Origin: Patescibacteria group bacterium
GTDB taxonomy: Bacteria; Patescibacteriota; Patescibacteriia; UBA9570; JAHJKD01
Direction of reading: 5' to 3'
NCBI GenBank assembly: GCA_043798935.1
Contig: JAZDOC010000019.1
Coordinates: 10,322 to 74,321, forward strand
Length of the DNA: 64,000 nt
Below the pieces are notes generated by a model, which was not told the DNA's origin, searched no databases, and saw only the letters and a program-made list of their open reading frames with translations. Shown one piece after another: positions 9,423 to 19,612 of the stretch. Within the stretch, counting starts at the first letter, position 1. Each line of letters begins with the position of its first letter. Both the position numbers and the translations under genes were made by a program.

Positions 9423-9803
9423 ATGACACTAATTTTAAATACAATAAAATTTATTGCCAAAGACATTGTTGGCAATGTGTTTTATTTTCCAATTTGGTGG
9501 TACACGGCCGGGGCATTTAAAATTTTGCGTCGAATTAAAAATGATATACAAAGTTTTGCTCGTGAATTAAGTATCGGTATATTATTTCGTTATCTATTTA
9601 AACCCATGTATGGGCTGACTGATTTTTGGAGCCGGGTAATTAGTTTTATGGTACGAATAGTCCATTTCGCAGTTTTATTAATCGTCACGATTATTTGGGT
9701 ATTAATTTTATTGTTTTTATTTTTAATTTGGCTGGCTTTGCCATTATTTGTGGTTTATAATCTTTTGTACCAAATCGGCGTAGTTGAAAAATTATTTATA
9801 TGA
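9423..9803 (+). CDS. Small integral membrane protein, translationally coupled to the downstream Clp-like ATPase
   Basis: 126 aa, 3 TM helices. Its stop TGA (9801-9803) overlaps the ATG (9800-9802) of the next gene as ATGA. Confidence 0.5.
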   Translation: MTLILNTIKFIAKDIVGNVFYFPIWWYTAGAFKILRRIKNDIQSFARELSIGILFRYLFKPMYGLTDFWSRVISFMVRIVHFAVLLIVTIIWVLILLFLFLIWLALPLFVVYNLLYQIGVVEKLFI

Positions 9804-12568
9804 GCTTTAACCAAAACAACAAATCATTTCAAATGGTTGCCTGCCCGCGCTGTGATGGTTATGGATATGCTTTGAATTTAAAAGGCGAACATGTTAAATG
9901 CGCTCATTGCCAAGAAACCGACAGTATGTACGGTTTCGTGGATGATCAAATTTTATATTGGCATAAAGAAATAAATAATTTTACAATTATTCAAGAAAAA
10001 AGTCAGGCACTAATAAAAAATTTTATTAATTTTATTTTAATTTTATTAAGCATTGTCGGTTTCACTGCCCTGGCGTGGCATTTTTTTCAAAATCAAAATT
10101 CTAGCTCGCACTTTTTTAATTTATTATTTTCTCGACACGATTTAGTTTTATTATTCTGGGTATCAGTAGTTGGTGATATGTATATTTATTATCGTCTTTC
10201 TTTAGATAGTGAACGCAAAATTAAAATCAGAGCGCGTGAACTGGGGGCTGAATTAAAACTCATTAAACAATCTTTGAATTGGAAAATTTTATATAGCACC
10301 GATGCAAGTAAAAAATTAAACATTGCCAAATTCTTCAATCAAGAAGCTTTGCAAATTATTAACAGCGCTTATCTGATGGCTCTGCATAATAAGCAACACG
10401 AAATTTTACCCATCGATTTATTAATTGCTGTTTCTAAAAGCCAAGATGTGCACATGATTTTAGCACGCTTAAATATATATTATAAAGATTATTACGATAA
10501 AATCCGTCATGTTTTAACTCATCATTCGGCGACTGACGAACGCGGTTTAGATTTTGGCGCGGCCATTGAAAAAGCATTTTTAGCCGCTTATTTTCAGGCT
10601 TATAAAAATCGCCGCGAACTAGTGACGCCGGTAGAATTATTAATGGGTTTGCTTGAAGCAGATAAATTAACCCAAGATATTTTTTGCGATTTAAATATTG
10701 ATTTACAGCAAATTACCAATGTTTGCGAGTGGATCCATTTAGATAAACAACTAATTAAATGGGCTCGTCACCATCGCTCTTTATCTCGCTCCAAACCTAA
10801 AAATCACATGAATCGGTCCATGACAGCTCGCCCTACAAAAACCCTGGATAGTGTTTCACAAGATCTAACCATTCAAGCTAAATATAATCACTTTTTACCG
10901 CTGGTAGGTCGTGAAAAAGAAATTGCCGAATCTTTTCGAATTTTAAAAGAGGGGCGGGGATCGGTAATTTTGCTCGGTGAATCCGGAACCGGTAAAACCA
11001 CTATACTTGAAGGCGTGGCTCAACTAATGGCTAGTGAAGATGTGCCGGAAAATTTACAGGATAAACGTTTAGTTTCGCTTGACCCAGGAGTATTGATTGC
11101 CGGAGCCAGTGGTGTTGGCGGGCTGGAAGGACGCATGGTGCAAATTTTAAACGAAATCGTAATGGCCGGAAATGTAATTCTAGCCATTGAAGATATTCAT
11201 AATTTACTTAATGCCAGGTCTACTCAATCCGGTAGCGATGTGGGTGAAATTTTAATGAATTATATTTCTCAAGGTTATATTCAGGTACTGGCTACTTCTA
11301 CAACCCAAGAGTTTAGAAAATACATCGCTAACAAAGAAACCTTCCTGCGCCGATTTCAAGTGGTTAAAATTTCCGAGATGTCGATCGATGAAGCTATTAA
11401 TGTTTTAGAAGCGCGCGCCGGATTTATTGAAGCCAAAGAAAAAGTTTATTTTTCATATTCAGCGCTTGAGTCTTGCGTGAAGTTAAGTGAGCGTTATATT
11501 AAAGATCGCCACTTACCATCTAAAGCTCTGGATATTTTAGAAGAGTCGGCTATTTATTGTAGAGAGAAAAAAGGCGTCGGCTCATTAGTTAATAAAGACG
11601 ACGTGGCGACGGTGTTAGCTGAAAAAACAAATGTTGAAGTAAATTCAATTACTCAGTCTGAGGCTAGTAAGCTGTTAAATTTGGAAGAATTAATGCACGA
11701 GCGAATAGTAGGGCAAAACGAAGCCATTGATGCGATTGCCAAAGCCTTACGACGCGCCCGAGAAGATCTGCGTGATAATAATCGGCCCATAGCCAGCTTT
11801 TTATTTTTGGGTCCGACTGGTGTGGGTAAAACCGAAACCGCTAAAACCATAGCTGAAGTATATTTTGGCGACGAAAAAAATATGATTAGGCTTGATATGA
11901 GCGAATACCAGTCTTCTCAAAGCGTGTCTAAGATGATTGGCGATGAAGACCATAAAGGCTATCTTACTGAGGCTATTCGTCAGCAACCATTTTCCATTAT
12001 TCTGCTGGATGAAATTGAAAAAGCTCATCCAGACATATTGAATTTGTTTCTTCAGGTTACTGATGACGGCCGGCTAACCGATGGCCAGGGACGCACCATA
12101 GATTTTACTAACGCTGTAATTGTGGCCACATCGAATGCGGCGACACAAGCAATTCAAGACGGCATAAAAAGTAATTTACCTTTTAGTGATATTTATGACG
12201 GCTTAATGGATGGAGTATTAGAACAATATTTTAGAGTCGAGTTTTTAAATCGCTTCGATAAAATTGTTATTTATAAACCTCTCGAACAGGATCAAGTAAT
12301 TGAAATAACCAGACGGTTGCTCATCAAATTAGCTGACCAATTAGAACAAAAAGGCATTATTTTTGATGCCGAAGATGAAGCGGTACAAGTGTTAGCTAAA
12401 AAAGGTTATAGTCAGAAATTTGGTGCTCGTCCATTAAAGCGTATTCTCCAAGATACGGTTGATGATGCTCTGGCTAAACTAATGCTTAGTAATTCCATTG
12501 GTCGGCGCGATAGTGTTTTACTCAAAGCTAATGGAGAACTGGAAATCCAAAAAGCTGAAAAACTGTAA
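9800..12568 (+). CDS. ClpB/ClpC-family double-ring AAA+ ATPase with N-terminal C4 zinc ribbon and transmembrane anchor
   Basis: 922 aa. CPRCDGYGY..CAHCQ (res 15-38). Two hydrophobic helices (about res 75-135). Two Clp_N-like repeats. D1 Walker A GESGTGKTT and Walker B AIEDIH (DE to ED). D1/D2 linker about 25 aa with no ClpB M-domain. D2 Walker A GPTGVGKTE and Walker B ILLDEIEKAHPD. LPF where ClpC has the VGF ClpP-docking loop. Confidence 0.8.
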   Translation: MSFNQNNKSFQMVACPRCDGYGYALNLKGEHVKCAHCQETDSMYGFVDDQILYWHKEINNFTIIQEKSQALIKNFINFILILLSIVGFTALAWHFFQNQNSSSHFFNLLFSRHDLVLLFWVSVVGDMYIYYRLSLDSERKIKIRARELGAELKLIKQSLNWKILYSTDASKKLNIAKFFNQEALQIINSAYLMALHNKQHEILPIDLLIAVSKSQDVHMILARLNIYYKDYYDKIRHVLTHHSATDERGLDFGAAIEKAFLAAYFQAYKNRRELVTPVELLMGLLEADKLTQDIFCDLNIDLQQITNVCEWIHLDKQLIKWARHHRSLSRSKPKNHMNRSMTARPTKTLDSVSQDLTIQAKYNHFLPLVGREKEIAESFRILKEGRGSVILLGESGTGKTTILEGVAQLMASEDVPENLQDKRLVSLDPGVLIAGASGVGGLEGRMVQILNEIVMAGNVILAIEDIHNLLNARSTQSGSDVGEILMNYISQGYIQVLATSTTQEFRKYIANKETFLRRFQVVKISEMSIDEAINVLEARAGFIEAKEKVYFSYSALESCVKLSERYIKDRHLPSKALDILEESAIYCREKKGVGSLVNKDDVATVLAEKTNVEVNSITQSEASKLLNLEELMHERIVGQNEAIDAIAKALRRAREDLRDNNRPIASFLFLGPTGVGKTETAKTIAEVYFGDEKNMIRLDMSEYQSSQSVSKMIGDEDHKGYLTEAIRQQPFSIILLDEIEKAHPDILNLFLQVTDDGRLTDGQGRTIDFTNAVIVATSNAATQAIQDGIKSNLPFSDIYDGLMDGVLEQYFRVEFLNRFDKIVIYKPLEQDQVIEITRRLLIKLADQLEQKGIIFDAEDEAVQVLAKKGYSQKFGARPLKRILQDTVDDALAKLMLSNSIGRRDSVLLKANGELEIQKAEKL

Positions 12569-12572
12569 AGAT

Positions 12573-12601
12573 TTGCTGTTTTTTAAAAAATATTTTATAA
12601 T
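12573..12601 (+). promoter_or_regulatory. Putative promoter of glyQS
   Basis: TTGCTG (12573-12578), 17 nt, TATAAT (12596-12601). Confidence 0.35.
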
Positions 12602-12642
12602 ATTGAATATCTTAATCTTTAAATTCTCAATTTATCATCATT

Positions 12643-14022
12643 ATGTCCGATAACAATGATCTTATGGACAAGATTGTTTCTTTAAGTAAAAGACGCGGTT
12701 TTATTTTTCCATCGTGCGAAATATATGGCGGTTTTGCCAATTCCTATAGCTATGGCCCTTATGGAGTAGAGCTGAAAAATAATATTAAAAAATTATGGTG
12801 GAAAATGTTTGTCCAACAAAGAGCCGATATTTTTGGTATTGATGGACCGATTATTTTGCATCCAAAATTATGGCAAGCGTCTGGCCATACATCCGGTTTT
12901 AACGATGCTCTAATTGACTGTAAAAAATGCAAAGAACGATATCGGGCTGATCATTTGATTTCTGAACAATTAAATATTGACGCCGAAGGCAAAGAGCCCG
13001 AGGAAATGACCGACGTTATTAATAATAATAACATTAAATGTCCTAAATGTGGCCAACAAGATTTTACGTCAGTTCGCCATTTCAACGGCATGTTCAAAAC
13101 ATATTTTGGAACCCAAGAAACAGAAGAAAACATGACTTATTTACGCCCGGAAACAGCCGGAGCTATTTTTGTTGATTACAAAAACGTTGTCGACAGTTTG
13201 CATCCTAAATTACCATTTGGTATAGCTCAAATTGGCAAAGCTTTCCGCAATGAAATAACTCCTGGCAATTTTATTTTTCGAACACGCGAATTCGAGCAAA
13301 TGGAAATTGAATATTTTATTAATCCTGATAAATGGCAGGATATTTTTAAAAATTGGCAAAAACAAATGCTTCTCTGGTGTTCGGCTATTGGTTTGCAAAA
13401 AGACAACTTAAATATTTATGAGCATGCACCCGAAAAATTAGCCCATTATTCTAAAAAAACCATCGACATTGAATTTAAATTTCCCTTTGGCACAAAAGAG
13501 CTTTATGGTTTGGCTTATCGAACAGATTTCGATTTAAAAAGTCATGCCGAAGCGTCTAAGCAAAAATTAGAATATATTGATGCTGAAAATAATGCTCGCT
13601 TTATTCCCCATGTAATTGAACCAACTTTTGGCTTAGATCGAAGCATCTTAGCTGTATTATTATCGGCTTATCATGAAGAAACAGTAAAAGATGAAACCCG
13701 CGTTGTTTTAAAACTTAAACCAGAATTAGCGCCGGTTAAAGTAGCTGTTTTACCACTCAGCAAAAAACCCGAATTAAGCAGTGTGGCAGAAAAAGTAATG
13801 TTGAGTCTTAAAGATATTAACGGCGTCGAGTACGACGCAACCCAAAGCATTGGTAAGCGCTATCGTCGTCAAGATGAAATCGGCACACCATATTGTGTCA
13901 CTATCGACTTTGAAACTTTAAATGATGAAGCCGTGACAGTTCGCGAACGCGATAACATGAAGCAAGAGAGAATTAAAATAAGCGAATTAAAATCATATTT
14001 ATATAATAAATTAAATGGTTAA
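12643..14022 (+). CDS. glyQS: Glycyl-tRNA synthetase, alpha2 (archaeal/eukaryote-like) type
   Basis: 459 aa. RRGFIFPSCEIYGGFANSYSYGPYGVELKNNI and class II motifs (FRNEITPG, GLDR) are typical of the single-chain GlyRS. Confidence 0.9.
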   Translation: MSDNNDLMDKIVSLSKRRGFIFPSCEIYGGFANSYSYGPYGVELKNNIKKLWWKMFVQQRADIFGIDGPIILHPKLWQASGHTSGFNDALIDCKKCKERYRADHLISEQLNIDAEGKEPEEMTDVINNNNIKCPKCGQQDFTSVRHFNGMFKTYFGTQETEENMTYLRPETAGAIFVDYKNVVDSLHPKLPFGIAQIGKAFRNEITPGNFIFRTREFEQMEIEYFINPDKWQDIFKNWQKQMLLWCSAIGLQKDNLNIYEHAPEKLAHYSKKTIDIEFKFPFGTKELYGLAYRTDFDLKSHAEASKQKLEYIDAENNARFIPHVIEPTFGLDRSILAVLLSAYHEETVKDETRVVLKLKPELAPVKVAVLPLSKKPELSSVAEKVMLSLKDINGVEYDATQSIGKRYRRQDEIGTPYCVTIDFETLNDEAVTVRERDNMKQERIKISELKSYLYNKLNG

Positions 14023-15280
14023 AAAGAAAATATTGGCTAACGGTTTGGCTGTTATCCAGGTTCCGCAAAAAGAAACTGCGGCCGTCACAGTTTTAGTAAT
14101 GTGTAAAGTAGGTTCTCGTTTTGAAGCTAAGGATGAAAACGGGGCATCGCATTTTATTGAACACTTAATGTTCAAAGGCACTAAAAAAAGGCCAAACACA
14201 CTTTTAATTTCCAAAGAATTAGATAAAATTGGCGCTGAATTTAATGCATTTACAGGCAAAGAGTACACTGGCTATTACATCAAAGCCAGTCATGAAAATC
14301 AAAAAATAGCTATTGAAATATTATCTGATTTATTATTTTCTTCATTATTTGCCAGTAAAGAAATCGATCGCGAAAGGGGAGTCATTATTGAAGAAATAAA
14401 CATGTACGAAGACAATCCCATTATGCACTGTGATGAAGTTTTAGAAGAATTGGTCTTTCATAAAAATCACAGTTTAGGACAGTTAATCAGCGGGTCGCGC
14501 AAAAATATACAAACAATTCGCCGTGAAAAATTATTAGCGTATAAAAATCGATTCTATTATCCTAAAAACATGTTGATCGCTGTTGCTGGCCGAGTAAATA
14601 CAAAAACCAATCTATTAATTAATAAATATTTTAATATTCCCATCACTAATCGTACAGCAAATAAATACCAAAGATTTACTGAATTTCAACATCAAGCACA
14701 AGTTAAAACTATCTACAAGAAAACCGAGCAAGTTCAATTTGGTTTAGGTTTCACTGGCTTGGCTCATAATCATAAATTAGCTCCGGCATTAAATTTGCTT
14801 AGCATAATTTTGGGCGGAAACATGAGTTCCCGTTTGTTTATTAATATCCGCGAACGACAGGGATTATGTTATTACATTCGCTCGGAAAATTCATCTTTTT
14901 TTGATACTGGCATGTTTGCTGTTATGGCTGGCCTAGATAAAAAAAGAATCAAATTAGCCACTAGCGCTATTGTTAAAGAATTAAAATTAATTGCTCAAAA
15001 GGGAGTGACGTCGGAAGAGCTTAAAAAAGCCAAAAGTTATTTACGTGGTAAAATTAATCTAAGCCTTGAAGATAGTGAATCTTTAGCTTCGTGGTATGCC
15101 AAACAACAAATGCTTGGTAATAAACTACTTTCGCCACGTGAAAAATTCAAACAATATGAAAAAGTTACTGAAAAACAAATACTAACAGTGGCTAAACAAA
15201 TTATAAATTTAAAAAAAAGTAATTTGGTATTAATAGGTCCAGATCGTAACGCCTCTTCATTTTTATCTTTATTAAAATAA
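14015..15280 (+). CDS. M16 family zinc metallopeptidase (insulinase-like)
   Basis: 421 aa. Inverted zinc motif HFIEHLMFKGT (HxxEH) near the N-terminus. About 420 aa is typical for M16B. Confidence 0.8.
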   Translation: MVKKKILANGLAVIQVPQKETAAVTVLVMCKVGSRFEAKDENGASHFIEHLMFKGTKKRPNTLLISKELDKIGAEFNAFTGKEYTGYYIKASHENQKIAIEILSDLLFSSLFASKEIDRERGVIIEEINMYEDNPIMHCDEVLEELVFHKNHSLGQLISGSRKNIQTIRREKLLAYKNRFYYPKNMLIAVAGRVNTKTNLLINKYFNIPITNRTANKYQRFTEFQHQAQVKTIYKKTEQVQFGLGFTGLAHNHKLAPALNLLSIILGGNMSSRLFINIRERQGLCYYIRSENSSFFDTGMFAVMAGLDKKRIKLATSAIVKELKLIAQKGVTSEELKKAKSYLRGKINLSLEDSESLASWYAKQQMLGNKLLSPREKFKQYEKVTEKQILTVAKQIINLKKSNLVLIGPDRNASSFLSLLK

Positions 15281-15293
15281 TTTATTAATAATT

Positions 15294-16385
15294 ATGAGTA
15301 AACCAATAAGTGAAGTTCAAATAAATATTTCCACCAAAACAATTCTGAAAATAATGTTTTTAGTTTTGCTCCTGTTTTTCCTATACAATATCATCGAAAT
15401 AATCAGCGTTGTTTTTGTAGCCTGGGTTTTAGCTTCAGCTGTCGATCCATTAGTCGATAAATTACAAAGATATAAAATACCGCGTCCACTTTCGATTTTA
15501 ACTTTTTACATTATTTTAATTTTAATTATAGTTTTAGCTTTTACCTTGTTCATTCCGGCATTTAGTCAGGAAATAACAACTCTTACTAAAGATTTTCCAA
15601 GCTACTACGATACAATTCTAAAAAATTTGGATAATTTTAAAAATTCAGGTAATCAATTTGGAGTGATAAATATCGTACAAGCTGTTTTAGACAGTATGGG
15701 TGATGCTCTTAAAAAAATCAGCACGAGTTTATTTGGTGTGGCCACTGGTGTGGTAAGTGCGGCGATGTCGATTTTTGCTGTATTTGTTATTACTTTTTAC
15801 ATGACTATTCAAGAAGAAGGAATTAAATCATTTATTCAGTCGATTACGCCAGCCCATTATCAACCTTACATAGTAAAAAAATTAAATCGCATCCAGGAAA
15901 AATTAGGTTATTGGTTGTGGGGGCAGATAGTGCTTATGATTTTTATCGGTGTGCTTACAGCTATTGCTTTAAAAATAATTGGAATTAAATATATTTTAGT
16001 TCTAGCGTTGTTTGCCGGGTTATGTGAATTTATTCCAATTATCGGTCCAATTATCGCGGCAGTTCCGGCAGTATTATTTTCGTTAATCGATATCGGTGAT
16101 TCACCAGTTAAGCCGATTTTAGTAATAGTAGTTTACATAGTAATTCAACAAATAGAAAATCAATTTTTGGTTCCTAAAATTATGCAGCGCGCTGTTGGTC
16201 TAAATCCGATCGTGGTAATTGTAACCATATTAATCGGTGCCAAAATTGGTGGCATAGTCGGTGTTATTATAGCAGTCCCAGCAGCTAGCATACTTAGTAT
16301 CTTTTTGGAAGATTTTTTTGAATCGCAAAAACAAGAAGCAAATAAATTAGAAGGTGAAGAATATATTAATGAACAAATCAAATGA
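15294..16385 (+). CDS. AI-2E family transporter (PerM/UPF0118)
   Basis: 363 aa, 8 TM. Conserved C-terminal region IPIIGPIIAAVPAVLFSL...QQIENQFLVPKIM. Confidence 0.75.
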   Translation: MSKPISEVQINISTKTILKIMFLVLLLFFLYNIIEIISVVFVAWVLASAVDPLVDKLQRYKIPRPLSILTFYIILILIIVLAFTLFIPAFSQEITTLTKDFPSYYDTILKNLDNFKNSGNQFGVINIVQAVLDSMGDALKKISTSLFGVATGVVSAAMSIFAVFVITFYMTIQEEGIKSFIQSITPAHYQPYIVKKLNRIQEKLGYWLWGQIVLMIFIGVLTAIALKIIGIKYILVLALFAGLCEFIPIIGPIIAAVPAVLFSLIDIGDSPVKPILVIVVYIVIQQIENQFLVPKIMQRAVGLNPIVVIVTILIGAKIGGIVGVIIAVPAASILSIFLEDFFESQKQEANKLEGEEYINEQIK

Positions 16386-17824
16386 AGAAAAATAAGTATT
16401 ATTTAACCACCGCAATTCCATATGTAAATGCCAAGCCGCATATTGGTTTTGCATTAGAGGCTATTCAAACCGACGTTTTAGCTCGCTATCATCGCTTAAT
16501 CGGCGATAATACATATTTTTTAACCGGCACTGATGAAAATAGTTTAAAAAATGTCCAGGCTGCCGAAAAAGAAAAAATTTCACCGCAGGAATTATGCGAT
16601 AAATACGCTGATAATTTCAAGGATCTAAAGGAAATTCTTACCCTGTCTAATGATGATTTTATTCGTACCACCGAACCGAGGCATAAAGAAGGTGCCCAAA
16701 AATTTTGGCAGGCATGCAAAAGCGAAGATATATATAAAAAAAAGTACGAAGGGCATTATTGCGTCGGTTGTGAAACATTCTATACACCTAAAGATTTAAT
16801 CGATGGACTGTGTCCGGAACATAAAACCAAACCGGAAATAATTAAAGAAGAAAATTATTTTTTTCGACTATCAGCTTATCAGAATAAATTAATTCGGCTG
16901 ATTGAATCGGGTGAATTAGATATCGTGCCCAAAGAGCGAAAAAATGAAATTTTAAGTTTCATTAATAGTGGTTTAGAAGATATTAGTATTTCACGCTCGG
17001 TAAAACGCGCTAAAAATTGGGGCATACCCGTACCGGGCGATGATAAGCAAATTATGTATGTTTGGTTTGATGCTCTAAGTAATTACATTACCGCCGTTGG
17101 CTATGCTAATGATCCGGAAAAGTTTAAAAAATACTGGCCCGCAGATTTACATGTTATCGGCAAAGGAATAATTAGATTTCACGCGGTTTATTGGCCAGCT
17201 ATGTTATTGTCAGCCGGCTTATCTTTGCCACGGCGAATTTTTGTTCATGGTTATATTACTTCAGAAGGTCAAAAAATGAGTAAATCTTTAGGAAACGTTG
17301 TCGATCCATTAGAAATTGCTGAAGATTACGGCACCGATGCTTTGCGCTATTTTTTACTGCGCGAAATTCCACCCACCGGCGATGGCGACTTTTCCATGAA
17401 GCGTTTTGTTGATCGTTACAATGCTGATTTAGCTAACGACTTGGGTAATCTGGTTAGCCGTGTTTCTAACATGATTGAAAGATATTTTAAAGGCGTATTA
17501 CCGTCGGTTGAAGTTGAGAATGAATATGACTTGGAAAAAGTAAATATTCTAATCAGTCAATTCAGATTTAACGAAGCATTGGAATATATTTGGCAGATAA
17601 TCAGAACGGCAAACAAATATGTAGAAGAGGAAAAGCCATGGGAGCTTTATAATATTAAAAATATCGATAAATTAGCCAAAGTTCTTACTAAATTATTAGT
17701 CACTATCAAAGATATTTCATTAATCTTAGAACCTTTTTTACCTGAAACCGCCGAAGAAATTCAAGATCATTTCAATCAAAAAATAATTGCCAAATCCGAA
17801 CCTTTGTTTCCTAGAGTATTATAA
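16382..17824 (+). CDS. metG: Methionyl-tRNA synthetase (short form, no C-terminal dimerisation domain)
   Basis: 480 aa. HIGH-region AIPYVNAKPHIGF, zinc knuckle CVGCETFY...CPEH, KMSKSLGN. Confidence 0.9.
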   Translation: MKKNKYYLTTAIPYVNAKPHIGFALEAIQTDVLARYHRLIGDNTYFLTGTDENSLKNVQAAEKEKISPQELCDKYADNFKDLKEILTLSNDDFIRTTEPRHKEGAQKFWQACKSEDIYKKKYEGHYCVGCETFYTPKDLIDGLCPEHKTKPEIIKEENYFFRLSAYQNKLIRLIESGELDIVPKERKNEILSFINSGLEDISISRSVKRAKNWGIPVPGDDKQIMYVWFDALSNYITAVGYANDPEKFKKYWPADLHVIGKGIIRFHAVYWPAMLLSAGLSLPRRIFVHGYITSEGQKMSKSLGNVVDPLEIAEDYGTDALRYFLLREIPPTGDGDFSMKRFVDRYNADLANDLGNLVSRVSNMIERYFKGVLPSVEVENEYDLEKVNILISQFRFNEALEYIWQIIRTANKYVEEEKPWELYNIKNIDKLAKVLTKLLVTIKDISLILEPFLPETAEEIQDHFNQKIIAKSEPLFPRVL

Positions 17825-17829
17825 TTTTT

Positions 17830-18660
17830 ATGCTAATCGATTCCCACGCTCACGTAAATTTTAAACAGTTTGAAAAAGATCGGGCTGAAGTTATTCAGCG
17901 AACTTTGGATAAAGGAATTCAAATGATTAATGTGGGCTCGCAATATACAACCAGTGAGCGTGCCGTGGAAATTGCTAATGAAAATGAAAAAGGTATTTAT
18001 GCGGCTATTGGCTTGCACCCGATTCATTTAGAAGACCAAGTTTACGAAGACTTGATTGACGGCGAGAAAATAGAATTTCGCACTCGGGCTGAAAAATTTG
18101 ATTATGACAAATATAAACAGCTAGCTAAAGACAATAAAGTTGTCGCCTTAGGCGAAACCGGATTAGATTTTTATCATATCCAAAGTAAAGACAAAGAATC
18201 AATTTTAAAATTACAGAAGCAAACCTTAGCGGAACATTTAAATTTAGCCTGCGAGCTTAATAAACCAGTTATCTTGCATTGCCGTGATGCTTACCAGGAA
18301 ATGTTAGAATTTTTACAAGAGCGCAATGAAAAAATAAATGGCGTGATTCATTGTTATAGCGGTACTTACGAGCAAGCACTGCAATACATGGAACTGGGTC
18401 TTTATGTTGGGTTTACCGGAATTATTACATTTAAAAATGCTAAAGATATTCAAGCCGTGGCCAAACAAATCCCTATAGATAGAGTATTAGTGGAAACAGA
18501 TTGTCCATATCTTGCGCCCGAGCCATATCGCGGTAAAAGAAATGAACCTAGCTATGTACAGTTTGTCGCCGATAAAATTGCTGAGCTAAAGAACGAAAGT
18601 AAAGAAATGGTTTACGATATAACAACCAGCAATACTAAAAAATTATTTAATTTAAATTAA
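17830..18660 (+). CDS. tatD: TatD family metal-dependent hydrolase/DNase
   Basis: 276 aa. MLIDSHAHVN start, GETGLDFY, HCRDA, ETDCPYL. Confidence 0.85.
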   Translation: MLIDSHAHVNFKQFEKDRAEVIQRTLDKGIQMINVGSQYTTSERAVEIANENEKGIYAAIGLHPIHLEDQVYEDLIDGEKIEFRTRAEKFDYDKYKQLAKDNKVVALGETGLDFYHIQSKDKESILKLQKQTLAEHLNLACELNKPVILHCRDAYQEMLEFLQERNEKINGVIHCYSGTYEQALQYMELGLYVGFTGIITFKNAKDIQAVAKQIPIDRVLVETDCPYLAPEPYRGKRNEPSYVQFVADKIAELKNESKEMVYDITTSNTKKLFNLN

Positions 18661-19608
18661 ATGGAAAATTATTTGTTAGGTGTAATTATTGTTTTGTTGG
18701 TAGCCAGTTTTTTCGGATTTATCGCGTTAAGTCGAAAAATAAAAGCGCTCAGTGAAAAAAATTTAGATGAAAAGTCTTTTTTACTTTTAAACCAAAATGT
18801 TCAAGGCATGCAATCCCGGCTCGATAAAGTTTCTGACGGATTAAACACACGCCTTGATAATGCCGCCAAGGTAATTGGTGAGGTTAATAAAGAATTAGGA
18901 CAAGTTCAGGAAATGGGTCGGCAAATGAAAGACTTGCAAGATTTTTTACGATCGCCAAAACTTCGCGGAAATATTGGTGAACAAGTTTTACGAGATTTAT
19001 TAAGTCAATATTTCCCGCAACACTATTTTGAGCTTCAACATAAATTTAAAACCGGTCAGATTGTAGATGCGATTATTAAAACCGATCAGGGTTTTTTAAG
19101 TATCGATGCCAAATTTCCTTTGGAGAATTTTCAAAAAATGGCGAAAAGCGACAGCGAAGCTGAAAGTAAGCTTTTCTTGCGTGAATTTATTAAAGATGTT
19201 CGTAAACATATTCGGGACATCTCGAGAAAATATATTTTACCCGAAGAGGGCACGATCGACTTTGCTGTTATGTATGTACCGAGTGAAGCTATTTATTATG
19301 AAATTATTCGCTCTGAAGATGATTTGCATGTGTATGCGCAAGAGAGTAAAGTGTTAATCGTTTCTCCAAACAGCTTTTTTTATTTTCTAAAAGTTATTAT
19401 GATGGGTTTACAAGGACGAAAAATTGAAGAAGCAACAAAGCGCTTGCTGTCTACATTTCAAGCTATGAGTAAAGATAGTGAGAAAATGGGTGAGGATCTA
19501 AGCGTATTGCATTCGCATATTTCAAATGCTTCTAGTGCCATGGAAAGAGTAAACACAGGCTATGTAAAATTAACCAATAAAATAGACCAGATTAAATTAT
19601 TAAAATAA
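18661..19608 (+). CDS. rmuC: DNA recombination protein RmuC
   Basis: 315 aa. N-terminal TM helix, coiled-coil, RmuC core with IDAKFPLE motif. Confidence 0.75.
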   Translation: MENYLLGVIIVLLVASFFGFIALSRKIKALSEKNLDEKSFLLLNQNVQGMQSRLDKVSDGLNTRLDNAAKVIGEVNKELGQVQEMGRQMKDLQDFLRSPKLRGNIGEQVLRDLLSQYFPQHYFELQHKFKTGQIVDAIIKTDQGFLSIDAKFPLENFQKMAKSDSEAESKLFLREFIKDVRKHIRDISRKYILPEEGTIDFAVMYVPSEAIYYEIIRSEDDLHVYAQESKVLIVSPNSFFYFLKVIMMGLQGRKIEEATKRLLSTFQAMSKDSEKMGEDLSVLHSHISNASSAMERVNTGYVKLTNKIDQIKLLK

Positions 19609-19612
19609 TAAT

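Noticed and set aside
19106-19357. 83-aa + strand ORF inside rmuC
   Set aside because: It overlaps the conserved RmuC core in another frame, and its product has no sensible composition.
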